64,000 bases of DNA from Azolla caroliniana (taxonomy: Eukaryota > Plantae > Polypodiophyta): the NCBI GenBank assembly GCA_043228905.1, contig JBHGNT010000018.1:15562001-15626000 (forward strand), written 5' to 3'. Position numbers and translations under genes: made by a program. Shown one piece after another: positions 11,275 to 25,043 of this stretch (positions are counted from its first letter, which is position 1; each line of letters opens with the position of its first letter). A model generated the notes under the pieces. The model saw only the letters and a list, made by a program, of their open reading frames with translations. It did no database searches and had not been told where the DNA came from.

Positions 11275-13353
11275 AATCGAGATAATTCGGGGACAACGTT
11301 GAAGTCGAGGGGGAGGCCCACGTGCTTCTATTGTGGGAAGTCAGGGCACTTCCAAAAGAATACTGACACTTTCGAAAGGAGAAAGGGGGAGATGATGTTG
11401 TAGAGCCGATGAAAATTCCAGACAGAAAGAACACCTCAACAATCGTCGTGAGTGAAGAGGAGTTGTTGTTCATTAGTGAGCCTAACCCCGGACCGAAAGT
11501 GCTTCTCATCATACAAGGCCGGAGACCACGGTCTTGTGAAAATGGGAAATGAAGGACCATGCAGAATCATCGGTGTAGAGATGTGTGTCTGATGACATCG
11601 ATCGGGTGCAGACTAGTGTTGAGAGATGTTCGACACATACCGGAAGTCAGTTTGAATCTAATATTAGCCAGTCAACTAGATGATGAAGGCTATAGGGGTA
11701 GCATCTAGAACGGTGTCATGAATTTCTACAAAGGGAGCTTGATAATGGCTCAAGCTTGGAAAACCAACACGTTGTATATAATGCATGCTCGATTATGCCG
11801 AAAGGAAGTAAACGTGGCAGCCAACATAACTGGTGAGTTGTGGCATAAGAGGTTGTGCCACATGAGCCAAAAGGGAATGCAGATGCTAACCGAAAAAGAA
11901 CTCCTACCAGAGGTAAAGAAAGTGCATCTAGGTAAGTGTGCTAATTGCTTGGGCGACAAACAGAACAAAGCCATGTTCCAATCGAGGCCTCCGACTCAGA
12001 GGAAAACCGCCTTGGAACTTGTACACATCGATGTATGCTATGTAGACGTGAAGTCTCATTCCAGTGGACAATACTTTGTTACTTTCATTGATGATTACAG
12101 TCGTAAGTTGTGGGCTTACGTGTTGAAGATGGAGGATCAAGTACTAAGTGTTTTCAAAGAGTTCATAGCGAGAGTCGAGAGAGAAACCGACCAAAAATTG
12201 AAGGCAGTTCGAATGGACAACAATGGTGAATACCGAGAGCAATTCGAGGAATATTGCCGAACAGAGGGAATCTTACTCGAGTATATTGTGCTGAAGATGC
12301 TAGAGCTTAATAGGCGGGCCGAAAGAATGAACCGGACCATTACGTGATAAACCGATCACCCTAAGTACCTTTGGACGGTGATATTCCACAAAGGGTGTGG
12401 AATGGCAAAGACGTTTCATATTGACACTTGAGGGTGTTCAATTGTCTTGCCTATATGCATGTTGCAATGAACCAGAGGGGGAAGTTGGACCCGAAATCTC
12501 GGCCATGTATATTTCTCGGCTATGGTGACAACGAATTCGGCTATCGGCTATGGGACTTAGCCGAGAAGAAGGTGATTAGGAGCCGAGACATCATCTTCAT
12601 GAAAGAGAAGACGATTGTTGATTGGGAGATTGAGAATAAGTCTCCAACTACCGAATCGAGTAAAAGTCGATTCGATCAAAATCGAATCCGAGCCAGTCGG
12701 CCGATTTAATACTCGGCAAAATCAAGAACTAATTGAAGAACAAAGGGAACCGGCCGAACGAGGAACCGAATTTGACTCGGCCGAAGAAGTTGAAGAAGAA
12801 CCAACCATGCCGAATGGAGGCCGAAGATATCCCCTTAGAGAGAGAAGGCCCCCCGGAGATTCCTGGATAGCGAATATGTGATGTTAACCGATGAGGCGGA
12901 GCCGGAAAGCTTCGAAAAAGCTATAAACGATACCACAGCTGAAAGTGGTCAAGTGCCAGGCAAGAGGAGATGGATTCCTTGCATGAGAACTACACATACG
13001 AATTGACCAAGTTGCCAAAAGGGAAGATGTTAAGAGTCTATTATTAATCAATAGACCAAAATAAAGTAAAAGAAGGAAAATAGATTGGATAGAAGAACCC
13101 GTTCCACCCGACCACCCCCGAGCTATGATCTAGACATAGCCAACCTACCATCGACGTCCCATACTGCCGGATATTAGGATGACTAATACCTTGGAAGAGA
13201 TTACACGATCATCGAGATGAAAGCCTAGCCCGCACCACCGGTGTCTAAGGCAACAACCTTCCAACGTAATGTGCTTATGAGGGTAGCTAAGCCTCATATT
13301 TATACCTTTTCCTAGTCCCCTTGAATAGATGTGCCTTTCTAAAAGGCTCTCCA

Positions 13354-15507
13354 TGTCAAGAAATTAATCGTCAATCCATAAGAAAATGAATATGCTGAAA
13401 TACACAACTTTGAAACACAGAAAATAGTGTGCACAGATTTAACGTGGAAAACCCTAAAGTGGGAGAAAACCACAGAGAACGAAGCTTCACTATACAATGG
13501 ATATACAACAAAGAGATCAGAGTACAACACTCTCCACACAAAGTGTAAACAGCCTCGTAGGGCTCTTGGTGTATGCTATTTCTAAAGCATAGTTATGGCG
13601 CTGCTCATTCCCTCACGCTCCCACACACTCTCCTCACACGCACACACAATTTGCTATAGAGGCTCACCCATATATATATCTACATGTTCTGTTTGCCCTA
13701 GGTGTATTTATACTAATACACAGAATGGGCTATTTAAAATCATGGCCATTATTATTATCCAATAATAATAATAATAGTCTTACCAATCAGCCGACTCATT
13801 CGTCGACTATTGGGTTGGTCCTACTAGTCGGCCTGGTCATCAACCATCCGGTCGGCCCGACTAGCCAGTCGTGTCTTCGACCTCGATCAACTCTCTCTGA
13901 GTTGACTCCTCAACCGTTGGCTCCTCCCACTGGAGGGACATATTCCTAACAAACTCCCCCTTCACTCCAATGGGGAGGAGTCCTTTATTCCTGTCCTTTG
14001 TCAACATACTTTAAGTCAGTCCATCGGTACGTTCTTTGTCAGCATGTTAGATCCATTGTCATCAGTATGGATCTTCACGAGGGTAAACTCTCCTTCTTTG
14101 ACTTTCTCCCGTAACCAGTGATACCTTCTCTGTATGTGCTTGGTCCGGGAGTGGTATGCCGCATTCTTGGCTAGATGTAGAGCTCTCTGGCTGTCACAAT
14201 GAAGCAAGAAATCCCGTTGCTTCATCCCCAACACGCTGAGAAAGTGTCTCATCCAAATAAGGTCCTTTCCGGTCTCTACTACTGCCATGTACTCGGCTCT
14301 GCCTCTGTGGTCGACAAAGCCACAAACTTCTACAATCGTGATTGCCATGACACTGCTCCCCCTGCATAGGTCATCACGTATCCTGACGTGGATCGGCTTG
14401 GGTCTACATCCCCCGACATGTCCGAGTTTTCCGACACCATACTTAAGACACACACCCGAGGTGCCTTTTAAGTACCTGAGTATCGATTTAACTGTTGCCC
14501 AATGTTCTCATCCTAGATTACTCATGTATCGGCTTACTATTCCCACAACAAATGCTATGTCTGGTCTCGTACAAGCCATAGCCTACATTAAGCTACCGAT
14601 AGTTGAGGCATATGGTATTTTCCTCATCTAAACCTTTTCTTTCTCCCTCTCAGGCATTGCTTTGCATTTAGCTTGCAGTTAGTCAGTAACACAGAGCCGA
14701 CCGGCTTTGCTTCTAACATGTTGAATCTTTCTAGGATATTAGTCACATATTTCTCTTGTGACAACCACAACACTTTCTTAGTTCCATCTCAAACTATGTG
14801 CATCCCTAAGATATGTTTAAACAGTCCAAGATATTTCATGTCATCTACATATAACAAGAGAATCAAGAAGTCACCTTCGTCGTAGCTTTTTACGAACACA
14901 CAATGATCAACTTGTCTTTTCTAGAACCTATGTTTCACCATGAAGGACCGAACTTCTTGTACCATTGGTATGGAGCTTGTTTCAACCCATACAAGCTTTT
15001 CTTCACTCGACACACCAGGTTATCTTTCCCTTTCTCCTCAAAACCTTTGGGTTGCAGCATGTAAATCTCTTCATCCAGCTCCCCGTGCAAGAATGATGTC
15101 TTGACATCCAGCTATTCGATCTCCAGATCCGTACTAGCAGTTATGCTCAGAATAGTTCTAATGGATGTCATCTTCACGACTGGAGTGAATATTTCGTTGA
15201 AGTCAACACCCCTTTTCTGTTGGAACCCCTTCACCACAATGCGGGCTTTATACCTAGGCGCATTGTCGACTTCTCCAATCTTCACCTTGTAGACCCATTT
15301 GTTCCCGAGTGCTCTCTTACATTTCGATAGCTCTACTAGGTCGTAGGTATAATTCTTGTGCAAAGAATCCATCTCATCGCACTCAACCATTTCTCTCTGT
15401 GCTTGTTGGCAATGGCTTCATCATAACACTATGGGTCCCCTTCATCAGTCAAGAGGATGTATTGACTGACATATGTTGTTGGTGCTCTCCTTTCTCTGAG
15501 TGGGTAT
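13354..15507 (-). mobile_element. Decayed Ty1/copia element C (3' LTR plus RT/RNase H)
   Basis: LTR about 13354-13951 (left edge uncertain) shares acgtggaaaaccctaaa with B. PPT at 13952-13961. ORF pieces AKNAAYHSRTKHIQRRYHW and YKARIVVKGFQQKRG. Confidence 0.85.
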
Positions 15508-15710
15508 TGTCGAATATGAGTGTATAATGGCCGTATTCACAATGTCCCTTTGGACAACCCAAGTTTGTGCTATTTCTGTAAATAGCATAAAGGGCAATTG
15601 CCCTAGGATAGTCACTATATAAAGTGACTTTGTAACCTTTAGAAAAGGTTGTTGGTTGTCATTATTTGTAACTGTTGCTATTAAGAAATAAAACGTTTCT
15701 TTTGTGCCTA

Positions 15711-15799
<89 letters not shown>

Positions 15800-18700
15800 A
15801 TCTTGTTCATTCTCATACACAGGTCCTTCAACATCACAGATGTTGTTTGTTCTTCCGCGATGACGACCTTGTCCCCAACATTTGGTATCAGAGCGTTGGA
15901 GGTTCTTCAACCCGTTGTCGGCCGTCATAGTACACCACACAACATTCCGTCTTCGTTTTCTTTGAAGAACAGAGAAGGGAGGAGAAAAACAAAAAGCTCG
16001 CATCTCACTGTGTTAAATCACAAATTGGAGTAAGCCAGTCGGCTGTACTCTGTTCCTGTGATTGTAACCGCTTGAGGGGAGCTCCTTGAGCAACAACCGA
16101 CCCAATCGTGCTTCATTCGGTTAAACATCCGAATAGGTCACCGGACGCTATTCACCCGCTTGCTGTAACCACCCGCTGTAGATTGGTCTCCAGGCAACAA
16201 CCAAATTCGTGCTTCACTCGGCTGATCAACATTCGGGAGGATCAGTTGGATCCGTCCCTCTCATCGCTGCAGTCATCCAAAGCAGAATCGGCCCAAACAA
16301 TCGGTTTCTTGTAATCGGTATTCGGCATACAATCGGAAGCTAACTGGGCTCACTCCAACTCGGCAACATTCGGGAACACCAGTCGGTTCTGTCTCTCAAG
16401 TTACCGGAGTCACTTCGAGCAAGTTCAGCAACAAGTATCCGAAACCAAACCGACTAGAACGATATCGGGTGAGCCGACTGGCTGCACCCCACTAAGGTTC
16501 GTAGTCAACTCTGAACCAAGTCCTACCAACCGAAACCGAAGTAGATGGCATCAAAATCTGGCTCATCGGAGATGAGTCTAAGGAGGTTCGACGGTTCGAA
16601 CTTCAACTTTCGGAAGGAACAAATGCAAGACTATCTCATAGTCAAGGGTCACATAGACCCGATTGAGAATGAAAATCCTCCAGAAGCATACAAGGCAAAT
16701 GAGTGGCAGAAGCTGGACAGAATTGTTCGTGCCACGATTCCGATGCACTTGTCGGAGTCAGTGTACTTCACAGTGCAATGATGCTCGATAGCATTTGAAC
16801 TTTGGAAAACACTGTCGGAAACGTATGAAAAGAAGGTCGTGGCAATGAAGATGTATCTGATCCGGCGCCTCTACAACTTGCGGATGAAAGAATCTGATTC
16901 AATTCAGGCACACCTCAATGAGTACGAAAGCATAAGCTCCCAAATCTCGTCTTAGGGGACGGTAATCGAGGATGAACTCAGAGCAATGATACTTATGAGT
17001 AGTCTCCCCTCTTCATGGGAAACTTTTGTTACAACCGTGTGCAACGCTTCAAGAGTTGTCGTTAAGTACTCCGAAGTCACGAGCGCAATCCTGACTGAAG
17101 CAGCTCGGAGAAAGTCTTTCACCAAAGACTCGGCAGATGAAGCTTACGTGATACAAGGTTTGACCGACCAATCGAACAACCGGGGAAGAAGTCCTTCCCG
17201 ACCGTTGAAGAATTAGCGAAGCCAGAGCAAGTCCCGGGACAACCGAATCTGCAACTACTACAAGAAACCGGGACACATCAAAGCCTACTGTCGAGCACTC
17301 AAAGCAAAAACCGACAAAGCTCAGAGAGCGGATCAGAAGAGTAGCCGGCATGAGGAGGTCAACTACGTCGGCTCTTCAGCCGAAATTTTGACGACCGACC
17401 CAAACATATTGTCCATAGAGAACCCAGTCGAATCAAAAGTTTTGCTTACGACTGAGGAATCAATCACATGGCTCCTGAACTCGGGCGAATAGTATCATGT
17501 GACACCTCACCAATCTCAGTTTCGGCAATACTCGAACCGGCACTCAGACTCAGTTCGAGTCGGAAACTCGCAGCACTGTGCTATAATCGGAATCGGCACC
17601 ATAGAGCTCAACCTTTCGGGTGGCTCTACACTTGTACTACACAATGTCTGACACGTTCCTGAGCTTTCAAGACCCCTGATCTCAGTTGGACAACTTGACG
17701 AAGCCTACATCCGTGCCGGGTTCTCATCAGGAGGGTGGACACTCCACAAAGGGAACCTCCTGCTTGCTCGAGGACCAAAGGTACACTCTTTGTACCCTTT
17801 ATATGTCACGCTCAAAGAGGGTGACTTATTTCTGGTTGATATCCCCGTATCATCGGTATGGCACGGATGACTTGGACACCTCATCAAGGCCGGCATAACA
17901 CACCTATCCAGAGTCGGTTACATCCCCAAACTCTCCTTCTCGGATCACCAATTCTGTGAGCATTGCCAGTGCGGCAAACAGGTAGCCGCATCACACTCGA
18001 CATTAGCACCAAGAGAATCGAGCCCACTCGATTTGGTTCACTCGAACGTCTATGGCCCGATGCCACATCAGTGTCTCAGTGGTGCTTCGTACTTCGTCAG
18101 TTTCATTGATGACTCGACTCGGAAGGTGTGGGCTTACCCCATTAGAACCAAAGATCAGGTGTTCTCCATCTTCTCTGAATGGCTTGGAACGGTTGAAAAT
18201 CAGACTGGTCGGAAACTGAAATGTCTCCGAACCGACAACAAAGGAGAATTCAAGTCTGAAGAGTTCGTCAAATTTTGCCAGGAACGCGGCATTCAATGTG
18301 AATATACGGCACCCTATAGTCCAGAGCAGAATGGAATTGTTGAACACATGAATTGAACGATTCAAGAACATGTAGTATCCATGCTCCAACACTCCGGGCT
18401 GTCGGATGGCTTTTGGGCGGAGGCTCTACTTACGGCAGTACACATAATAAATATGTCACCAAGTAGACCTCTAGGACTTCAAATACCTCAGGAAATATGG
18501 ACCGGTAGTAAGCCGAATTATGACAAGCTGAGGATCTTCGGTTGCGAGGCATACACCCTCATACCGAAAGATGATCGTTGGAAACTCGAACCAAGATCAA
18601 GGAAATGCGTTTTCCTTGGGTATGGACCCGACGGAGAGATCGAATATAAACTCTGGGACCCCAAGCACAAACAAATCGTCTGATGTTCGGACGTCGTGTT

Positions 18701-20840
18701 CAATGAGTCGGCTATGCATAAAACGGCCGAAAAGCCCTATTGAAGTCCGAAGGGTAATATTTTCCGAAGTGCCAACCCTTCATGACGGCCCAGCCCACAA
18801 CACGAGATCGGTTTCATGGGTAACCGATAACTCTCGCACCGAATCCACCGTTTCAGCACAGCCGAATGGCTCGGCTCCCAACCATCCGACATCGACACCT
18901 GGTGCGACTAGTCCAGTCATACCTCGTAGATCCGAGAGATTGTCGCAACCTCCGGAGAGGTACTCTCCCAGAATTTTCTTTACCGACGCCGGTGAACCGA
19001 CGTCTTACGAAGAAGCATTGGCATCTGCCGATTCAGCCACATGGCATCGGGCGATGGAGTCGGAAATGCATTCCATTCGGGCAAACAAGACTTGGGACTT
19101 GGTCGAATTACCGAAGAATCGACGTGCTCTTCCATGTAAGTGGGTCTATCGACTAAAAGAGACGTCTGACTTGACCAACCCAAAGTTCAAGGCCAAATTA
19201 GTTGCGAAGGGATTTAGACAAGAATATGGCGTCGACTTCGACGAAATCTTTTCACCAGTGGTGAAACTGACGACCCTTCGTTTCATGCTCGGTGTCGTGG
19301 CCGATGACAACTTGGAGTTGATTCAACTAGATGTAAAAACGACATTCCTTCACGGTGACCTACAGGAGGAAATCTATATGGAGCAGCCGAAAGGCTCTGT
19401 GGCAGTCGGCCAGGAACATCTAGTCTGCAGACTCGGGAAGAGTCTCTACGGCCTGAAACAGGCACCCCGACAGTGATACAAGAAGTTCAACGACTTCATC
19501 CAGTCGGCCGGCTTCTCTAATAGCGATAAGGACCACTATCTCTTCACCAAAACAGCTCAAGACGGGTCTCCCATCTTCCTCATCATTTACGTGGATGACA
19601 TGCTACTCTCCAGTCAGCATGTCGGAGAGCTCATCAAACTCGTTCGGAAACTACGATTGAAGTTTGCCATGAAGGACCTCGGTCCGGCAAGACACATACT
19701 TGGTATGAAGATTAGTCGGCATCGCGATAAACGTCAACTTTTCTTGTCTCAAACCGACTACATCGGACGTGTCTTGGAACGCTTCAACATGCACTCGGCC
19801 AAGTCTACTTCGACCCCACTTCAAATTAACCTTCGGCTATCTCAGCGAGACTGCCCGACATCCGGTCCGGAGGGGGAAGATATGAAGTCAGTACCGTATG
19901 CATCGGTAGTCAGCTCCCTTATGTACACGATGGTCACGACACGTCCTGATATTTCTCACGCCGTAGGAGTCGTAAGCAGATTCATGCACAACCCCGGCCG
20001 ATCACACTGGAACACAGTCAAGTATGTGTTCAGATATCTAGTTGGCACAAAAGACCACGGCATTCTTTTCGGCCCGAACTCAACCTCAGGCGTAGTCGGT
20101 TACACCAACTCGGACTTCGCCGGCTGTGTGGACAGTCGGAAATCAACAATCGGATACTGTTTCAAATTCGGCAATGGAGCAATCTCGTGGAAGTCGAAAC
20201 TTCAGGAGTGCACAACCACCTCAACGACCAAAGCGGAATATGTAGCTGCGTCCGACGCGGCAAAAGAAGCTTTATGGCTCGGTCGACTGGCGCACACGTT
20301 TCCAACTCCGACTCGGCTCCAGTTGTCTACAGCGACAGTCAGGGTGTTGTTGCTTTGTCAAAGAATCCAGTGTCACGTTGTTACGCGCGTGCGTGTAGAA
20401 AGAGGCGGGACCACAGGGGGTCTTGGACCAATGCATAACTCCGACTCGGCTCCAGTTGTCTACAACGACAGTCAGGGTGTTGTTGCTTTGTCAAAGAATT
20501 CGGTTCACCACAACACCTCCAAGCATATCGACGTTCGATATCACTTCGTTCAGGACTGCGTCATTTCAGGGAAAATCGGTCTAGAGAAGATATCCACAAC
20601 CAATAATGTCGCAGATGGAATGACCAAGTGTCTTTCGGCGGATCGTTTCTGGTCCCTTCGGCACCAGATGGGCGTAACGAAAAATCGGTCTGGTTAAAGT
20701 CAAACACAAAGCACGGGATGGTTTCGGACCACCGACATCAGTTCTTTGAGGATCGGCTTCAGCTCTTCCGACCCAACCGGTTCGGTCTTCTGTCTTTGGA
20801 TCTTGCCGACTCTAACAAAACCGATCTGTCCGATAATGAC
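15508..20840 (+). mobile_element. Decayed Ty1/copia element D (5' LTR, long leader, full but broken gag-pol, no 3' LTR seen)
   Basis: LTR 15508-15880 (TGTCG...CCAACA), PBS TGGTATCAGAGC 15883-15894, gag ATG 16545, integrase 18033-18683, RT/RNase H to the stop at 20697. Several stops and frameshifts. Right edge approximate. Confidence 0.9.
15711..15799. repeat. Compound (CT)n(GT)n microsatellite inside the LTR of element D
   Basis: Directly visible. Confidence 0.95.
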
Positions 20841-20899
20841 CTTTTTTTTAATAAAGATTCACCAAGTTGGTATTAATGGAAAGATGTCCAAAGGCTACA

Positions 20900-21395
20900 A
20901 AGAACTCATATGGTAAAATATAACCCTCATACCCACATCAACCAACATGTCGAGTAGCAAAATCCCTCATGCATTGTCCTTCCAAGATGGGGAGCGAAAA
21001 AAGCCATCTTGGTGGAGCATATCTCCTAACTTTATTTTGTCCCCAAAAGAGGTGAAGACCTCTGCATTTTTCCAAATTTCTCGAAAATGTTGTTGATTAC
21101 GAAACACAACCTCAGGCTCACCATTTATTGTCTCATATTGACCTCTTAGAGTATGTAGGAGCATCAGCTAAATGTCCTTGACTAACTCAACAACATTCTA
21201 TTTGACTTTTTCAAATACACATTTACATCTTGCCTTCCATAATACCCAACCTACTAAAGAAGATATCGTAGACCAAACCTTGTCCTCTTCCAAACATGGG
21301 ATTATTAAAATATAAGAGACCTCCAATACATGTCTTCCATCGGAGAGGAGCAGAAAATCAACATACTCCTTTTCATAATTCTGTATTTCTTCAAC
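20900..21395 (-). mobile_element. LINE (L1-like) 3' remnant
   Basis: WSTISSLVGWVLWKARCKCVFE resembles the W..W..RN...F motif after the L1 zf-RVT domain. Confidence 0.55.
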
Positions 21396-22444
21396 TGACA
21401 GGGATAGTACTAGAGGCAAGGAGAATTAGTACTAAAGATAGAGGAGAAGAATACTATGAGAATTAGTACTAAGAAGGGAAAGAGTGTGTGAGAATCACGA
21501 GAGGGGAAGAGAGAGAGAGAGAGAGAGAGAATGATGACAACAAGAAGTATATTATATTATATGAAGAAGGATACAAGAACAACTAGGAGATTGATGTTGA
21601 ACCGAATTGGTTCTGAATAATGTCATGTGTTGGAAGAGCCACCATGGGAACCAATCTACAACTTGTCACCAATCGAGCTTGAAGTTCTTCAAGCCTACAT
21701 GGAGGAAATTTTGGCAAATGGGTTCATTCGACATTCGAAATCTCTAGTCAGCGCACCCATTTTCTTTGTAAAGAAAAAGGATGGATCACTTCACCTAGTC
21801 GTGGATTACCATGGCTTGAATAAGGTCACCATTAGGAATAGGTATGCACTTCCTCTGATCTCGAGTCTTCTAGAAAGGATTAATGGTGCAAAGTTTTTCA
21901 CAAAGATCGACTTACGAGGAGCATATAACCTCGTACGGATCCGACCGGGAGACGAATGGAAAACAACTTTCTGCACCTGTTATGGGCACTTTGAGTATAC
22001 GGTTATGTCGTTCGACCTTACCAATGCACCAACAATCTTCCGGCACATGGCAAATGATATATTCCGAGATCTTTTGAACATTTGTTTGATCATCTACTTG
22101 GATGATCTGCTAGTTTATTCAAAGACACAAGAGGAGCATGATTCTCATGTACTATTAGTGCTAAAAACTACGAGAACATGGTCTTTAATAATGTTCCAGA
22201 GTTATCTAGAATATACATGAATTTCTTGTAATGAAATAAAAAATGAAAATATTTTTTTTGTGTTACAATGCATAACTTAATGGTATGGCTTCAACTTATG
22301 TAACACAAGGTCATGGGTTCAAATCCTTTTTGAGCCATACCATGCCATATCATGACACTTCAACGCCAGTCTTAAGCCTTCTAGTTGTTCTTGTATCCTT
22401 CTTCATATAATATAATATACTTCCCTCTCACTCCTCGAGAGACA
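21396..22444. mobile_element. Rearranged gypsy remnant: LTR pieces related to the young gypsy LTR around an RT fragment
   Basis: LTR-like 21396-21626 and 22186-22357 (ends CATGACA like the young LTR). RT ORF 21627-22220 (+; IDLRGAYNLVRI, YLDD). Inverted LTR piece 22358-22444. Confidence 0.75.
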
Positions 22445-22946
22445 ATGCCATCAAGCATACTTCCAAGAGCCACGAACTAAAGGGTGGCTCTTTGACTCAT
22501 TAGTGACTCCCTCTCTCATGTATGCATCAGCGGTTTGGGCTCCAGAACTACCATCTTTCATGTGGACGCAATTAAAGAGACCATTGGTGATGATGTTATC
22601 ACGCCAACTCTGAAGCAAATCGTCAGTCCCACATGACATTATTAGGGTTGAGTTCGCTCTACTCCCGATGTTAGTAGAAGCACTTTTTCAACTTGTAGTC
22701 TTTATCCATAGGATACATAACCAACCACTTGATAGAATATCCCATCAAGCCTTTAAGGCTTCTCGAGCACTGTATGAGTCCGGCTATACTAGCTCATGGT
22801 ATGGCATGATGGTGAGTTGGCTTCTTGCAAACGGTCTAGACATTAATAACCTCCCCCCCCTTAAGTATGACCACACAACTGATAAGACTTTAATCTCTCA
22901 TGAGGACCGTAATAAAGTAATACGCCAAGAAATATGGCAAATTTAG
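22445..22946 (+). mobile_element. Non-LTR retroelement remnant (post-RT region)
   Basis: Translation LFDSLVTPSLMYASAVWAP...VPHDIIRVEF resembles the conserved stretch after LINE RT. Confidence 0.55.
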
Positions 22947-24494
22947 GAACTCGAAGCGACATTTGGCGAGACAGATGGGCGACGAATGGCACTCACAAAG
23001 CTTTATTCTTTCCAACAAGGCTCACGTCTAGCCTCAGTCTACGTCTTAGAGTTCCGTCAGATTGCCTGTGATGTCAGTTGGGATGACCAAGCCCTATACG
23101 ACCATTTCCGTCGCGGCCTCCAAAATGGCGTCAAGACCCTTCTCTTAAACTTCTCGGAGCCCATATCGTTGTCTCAAGTAATCTCCCAAGTTGTCCAGTG
23201 TGACAATTGTCTCTTCGAACTTTGTCAAGAAAACGGGGGACTCGCGGATCTCATGCTTCTTCCCGAAACGTATCAATCGCTAGGCCCTACTTGTCTCCCA
23301 CGCCAACCTTACCATCACCCAGTGATACCCATACCACGACGGAGGTCGATTTCCATACCCCGATGGAGATCGACCACTCTCGATTCCAACCACTAATTGA
23401 AGCCCAACGCGAACATCGTCGGGACAATGGACTCGGTTTCTATTGTGGCAACCCCGGCCATGTCATCCGTCACTACCCGGTGCAGGGCCCGCAACACCAA
23501 TTCCATCGTGCACATCTTGCGGAGGTTCCTCGACAATAGGAAAATGACCAAGTCTGGTTGTAGTAGGAGCCATGCCGCTAGACGCTTCCTGTTACTCACC
23601 TTCTCCATGCTCCTACAAGTCCATTCTGCCATTAGGAGGGTTTTCTTTGCATGTAAGTCTTTGTTTTGGTTCGACTTCAATAAATTCTCATGCCTTGCTC
23701 AATTCTGGAGCATCTACTTGATTTATCGATAAATCATTTGTCCGTGCACATAATATCCCCACCGTCCGCACATCACAACCCATATCCGTTGAAGTGATCG
23801 ACGGTCGGGTTCCCTCTTCGAGGGCGGTTACCGAAACCATTGTCCCGTTGGTGGTTCAAGTCAGTGCACACCAGGAAGAACTCACGTTCCACCTCATCAC
23901 AACCCCCCGACATCTGATTGTGTTAGGGCTATCTTGCTTGGAGACACACAATCCGATAGTGGATTGGTGTAACCGCTCCATCACTTTTCCAGTAAGGCCA
24001 ATTCCTGCTAGATCACGACACTCTCTTGATTCCGTTGCAGTTGAGTTCGGTTTGGTCGCTACATTGGCCATTGTGTCGGGGGATGTCACCGTTCTTGTCA
24101 ACAATTTACCCATCCGATATAGCGATTTTTCCAACATCTTCGAAAAGCGGAATGTCGATCGGTTACCAACTCATTGCCCCTGCGATTGCCCAATTGAACT
24201 CCAAGCTGGCGAGCATCCCCCATTCGGTCCTATCTATGGGTTATCTGAACCTGAACTTGAGGCTCTCCGCACATATCTGGCTGAGAATCTCGCAAAGGGC
24301 TTCATTCAACCCTCCAAATCACCGATCGGGGCACCAATCTTATTTGTCAAAATGAAGGACGGCTCCTTACGCTTATGTTTTGGATTATCGGGGTCCCAAC
24401 AAAGTTATGGTGCATAATCGTTACCCCCCGCCCTTAATTCCAACGCTCCTCGATCGACTTCGAACTGGGGCATATCTTCTCCAAGATTGACCTT

Positions 24495-25043
24495 TGTCGT
24501 GACTCTTGAGTAGGAAGCAGAGAGAGAGAGCGATGGCGATAGAGATAACGATAACGATAGAGATGGCGAGAGCGGTAGAGATAGCGATAGTGATAGAAAG
24601 AGAGTGAAAGAGGGAGAGAGTGCGAGAGAGAGAAAAGTATAAGTGAGAGATAAGAAATGGGAATGCGATTATATTATGAGAAAGAAGATTACAAGGAGTA
24701 GGCTAAGGGCTAAAGACTGGTGTTGAACCGAATGAGTTGTGATGAGTGTATGGACTCTTATTTATAGGCCCTTATAGAGTATTCTAGAATGTTCTAGAAT
24801 ATTTTAGATATTTATGAATAATAATAATAATAAATATAATCATGAAATATTCAAGAACATTCTAGAATAATCTAGAATGTTCTAAATATCTCGTAATAAC
24901 TAAACATATAATTATTATGATTACATCTCACATATGTTATTACAATGGTTAAAGTACAATATGTAAACCAAGAGGTTATGGGTTCGATTCCTGGTTCGCC
25001 AAGATGAATGTCATGATAAGCCAAGATGTATGTCTTCATGACA
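24495..25043 (-). repeat. 3' LTR of young gypsy
   Basis: TGTCG...TGACA, near-identical to 29869-30417. Confidence 0.96.
24931..25001 (+). other. tRNA-like (Pol III A/B box) module in the 3' LTR
   Basis: A-box-like TATTACAATGG at 24938, perfect B box GGTTCGATTCC 24981-24991, 43-nt spacing, ends ...CGCCA. Confidence 0.7.

Larger units (their letters stand above)
4744..13027 (+). mobile_element. Decayed Ty1/copia element A, split by young copia B and truncated at the start of RT
   Basis: 5' LTR 4744-5293 (TGTTGG...CCTAACA), PBS tggcatcagagc 5297-5308, gag from ATG 5310. Resumes at 11280 with zinc knuckle, protease and integrase (11718-12347 LWHKRLCHMS...FIDDYSRKLW). Many stops. Confidence 0.9.

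Noticed and set aside
24931-25001. Functional tRNA genes at the A/B-box modules
   Set aside because: Acceptor and anticodon stems do not pair convincingly and no anticodon can be assigned. Reported as tRNA-like modules only.
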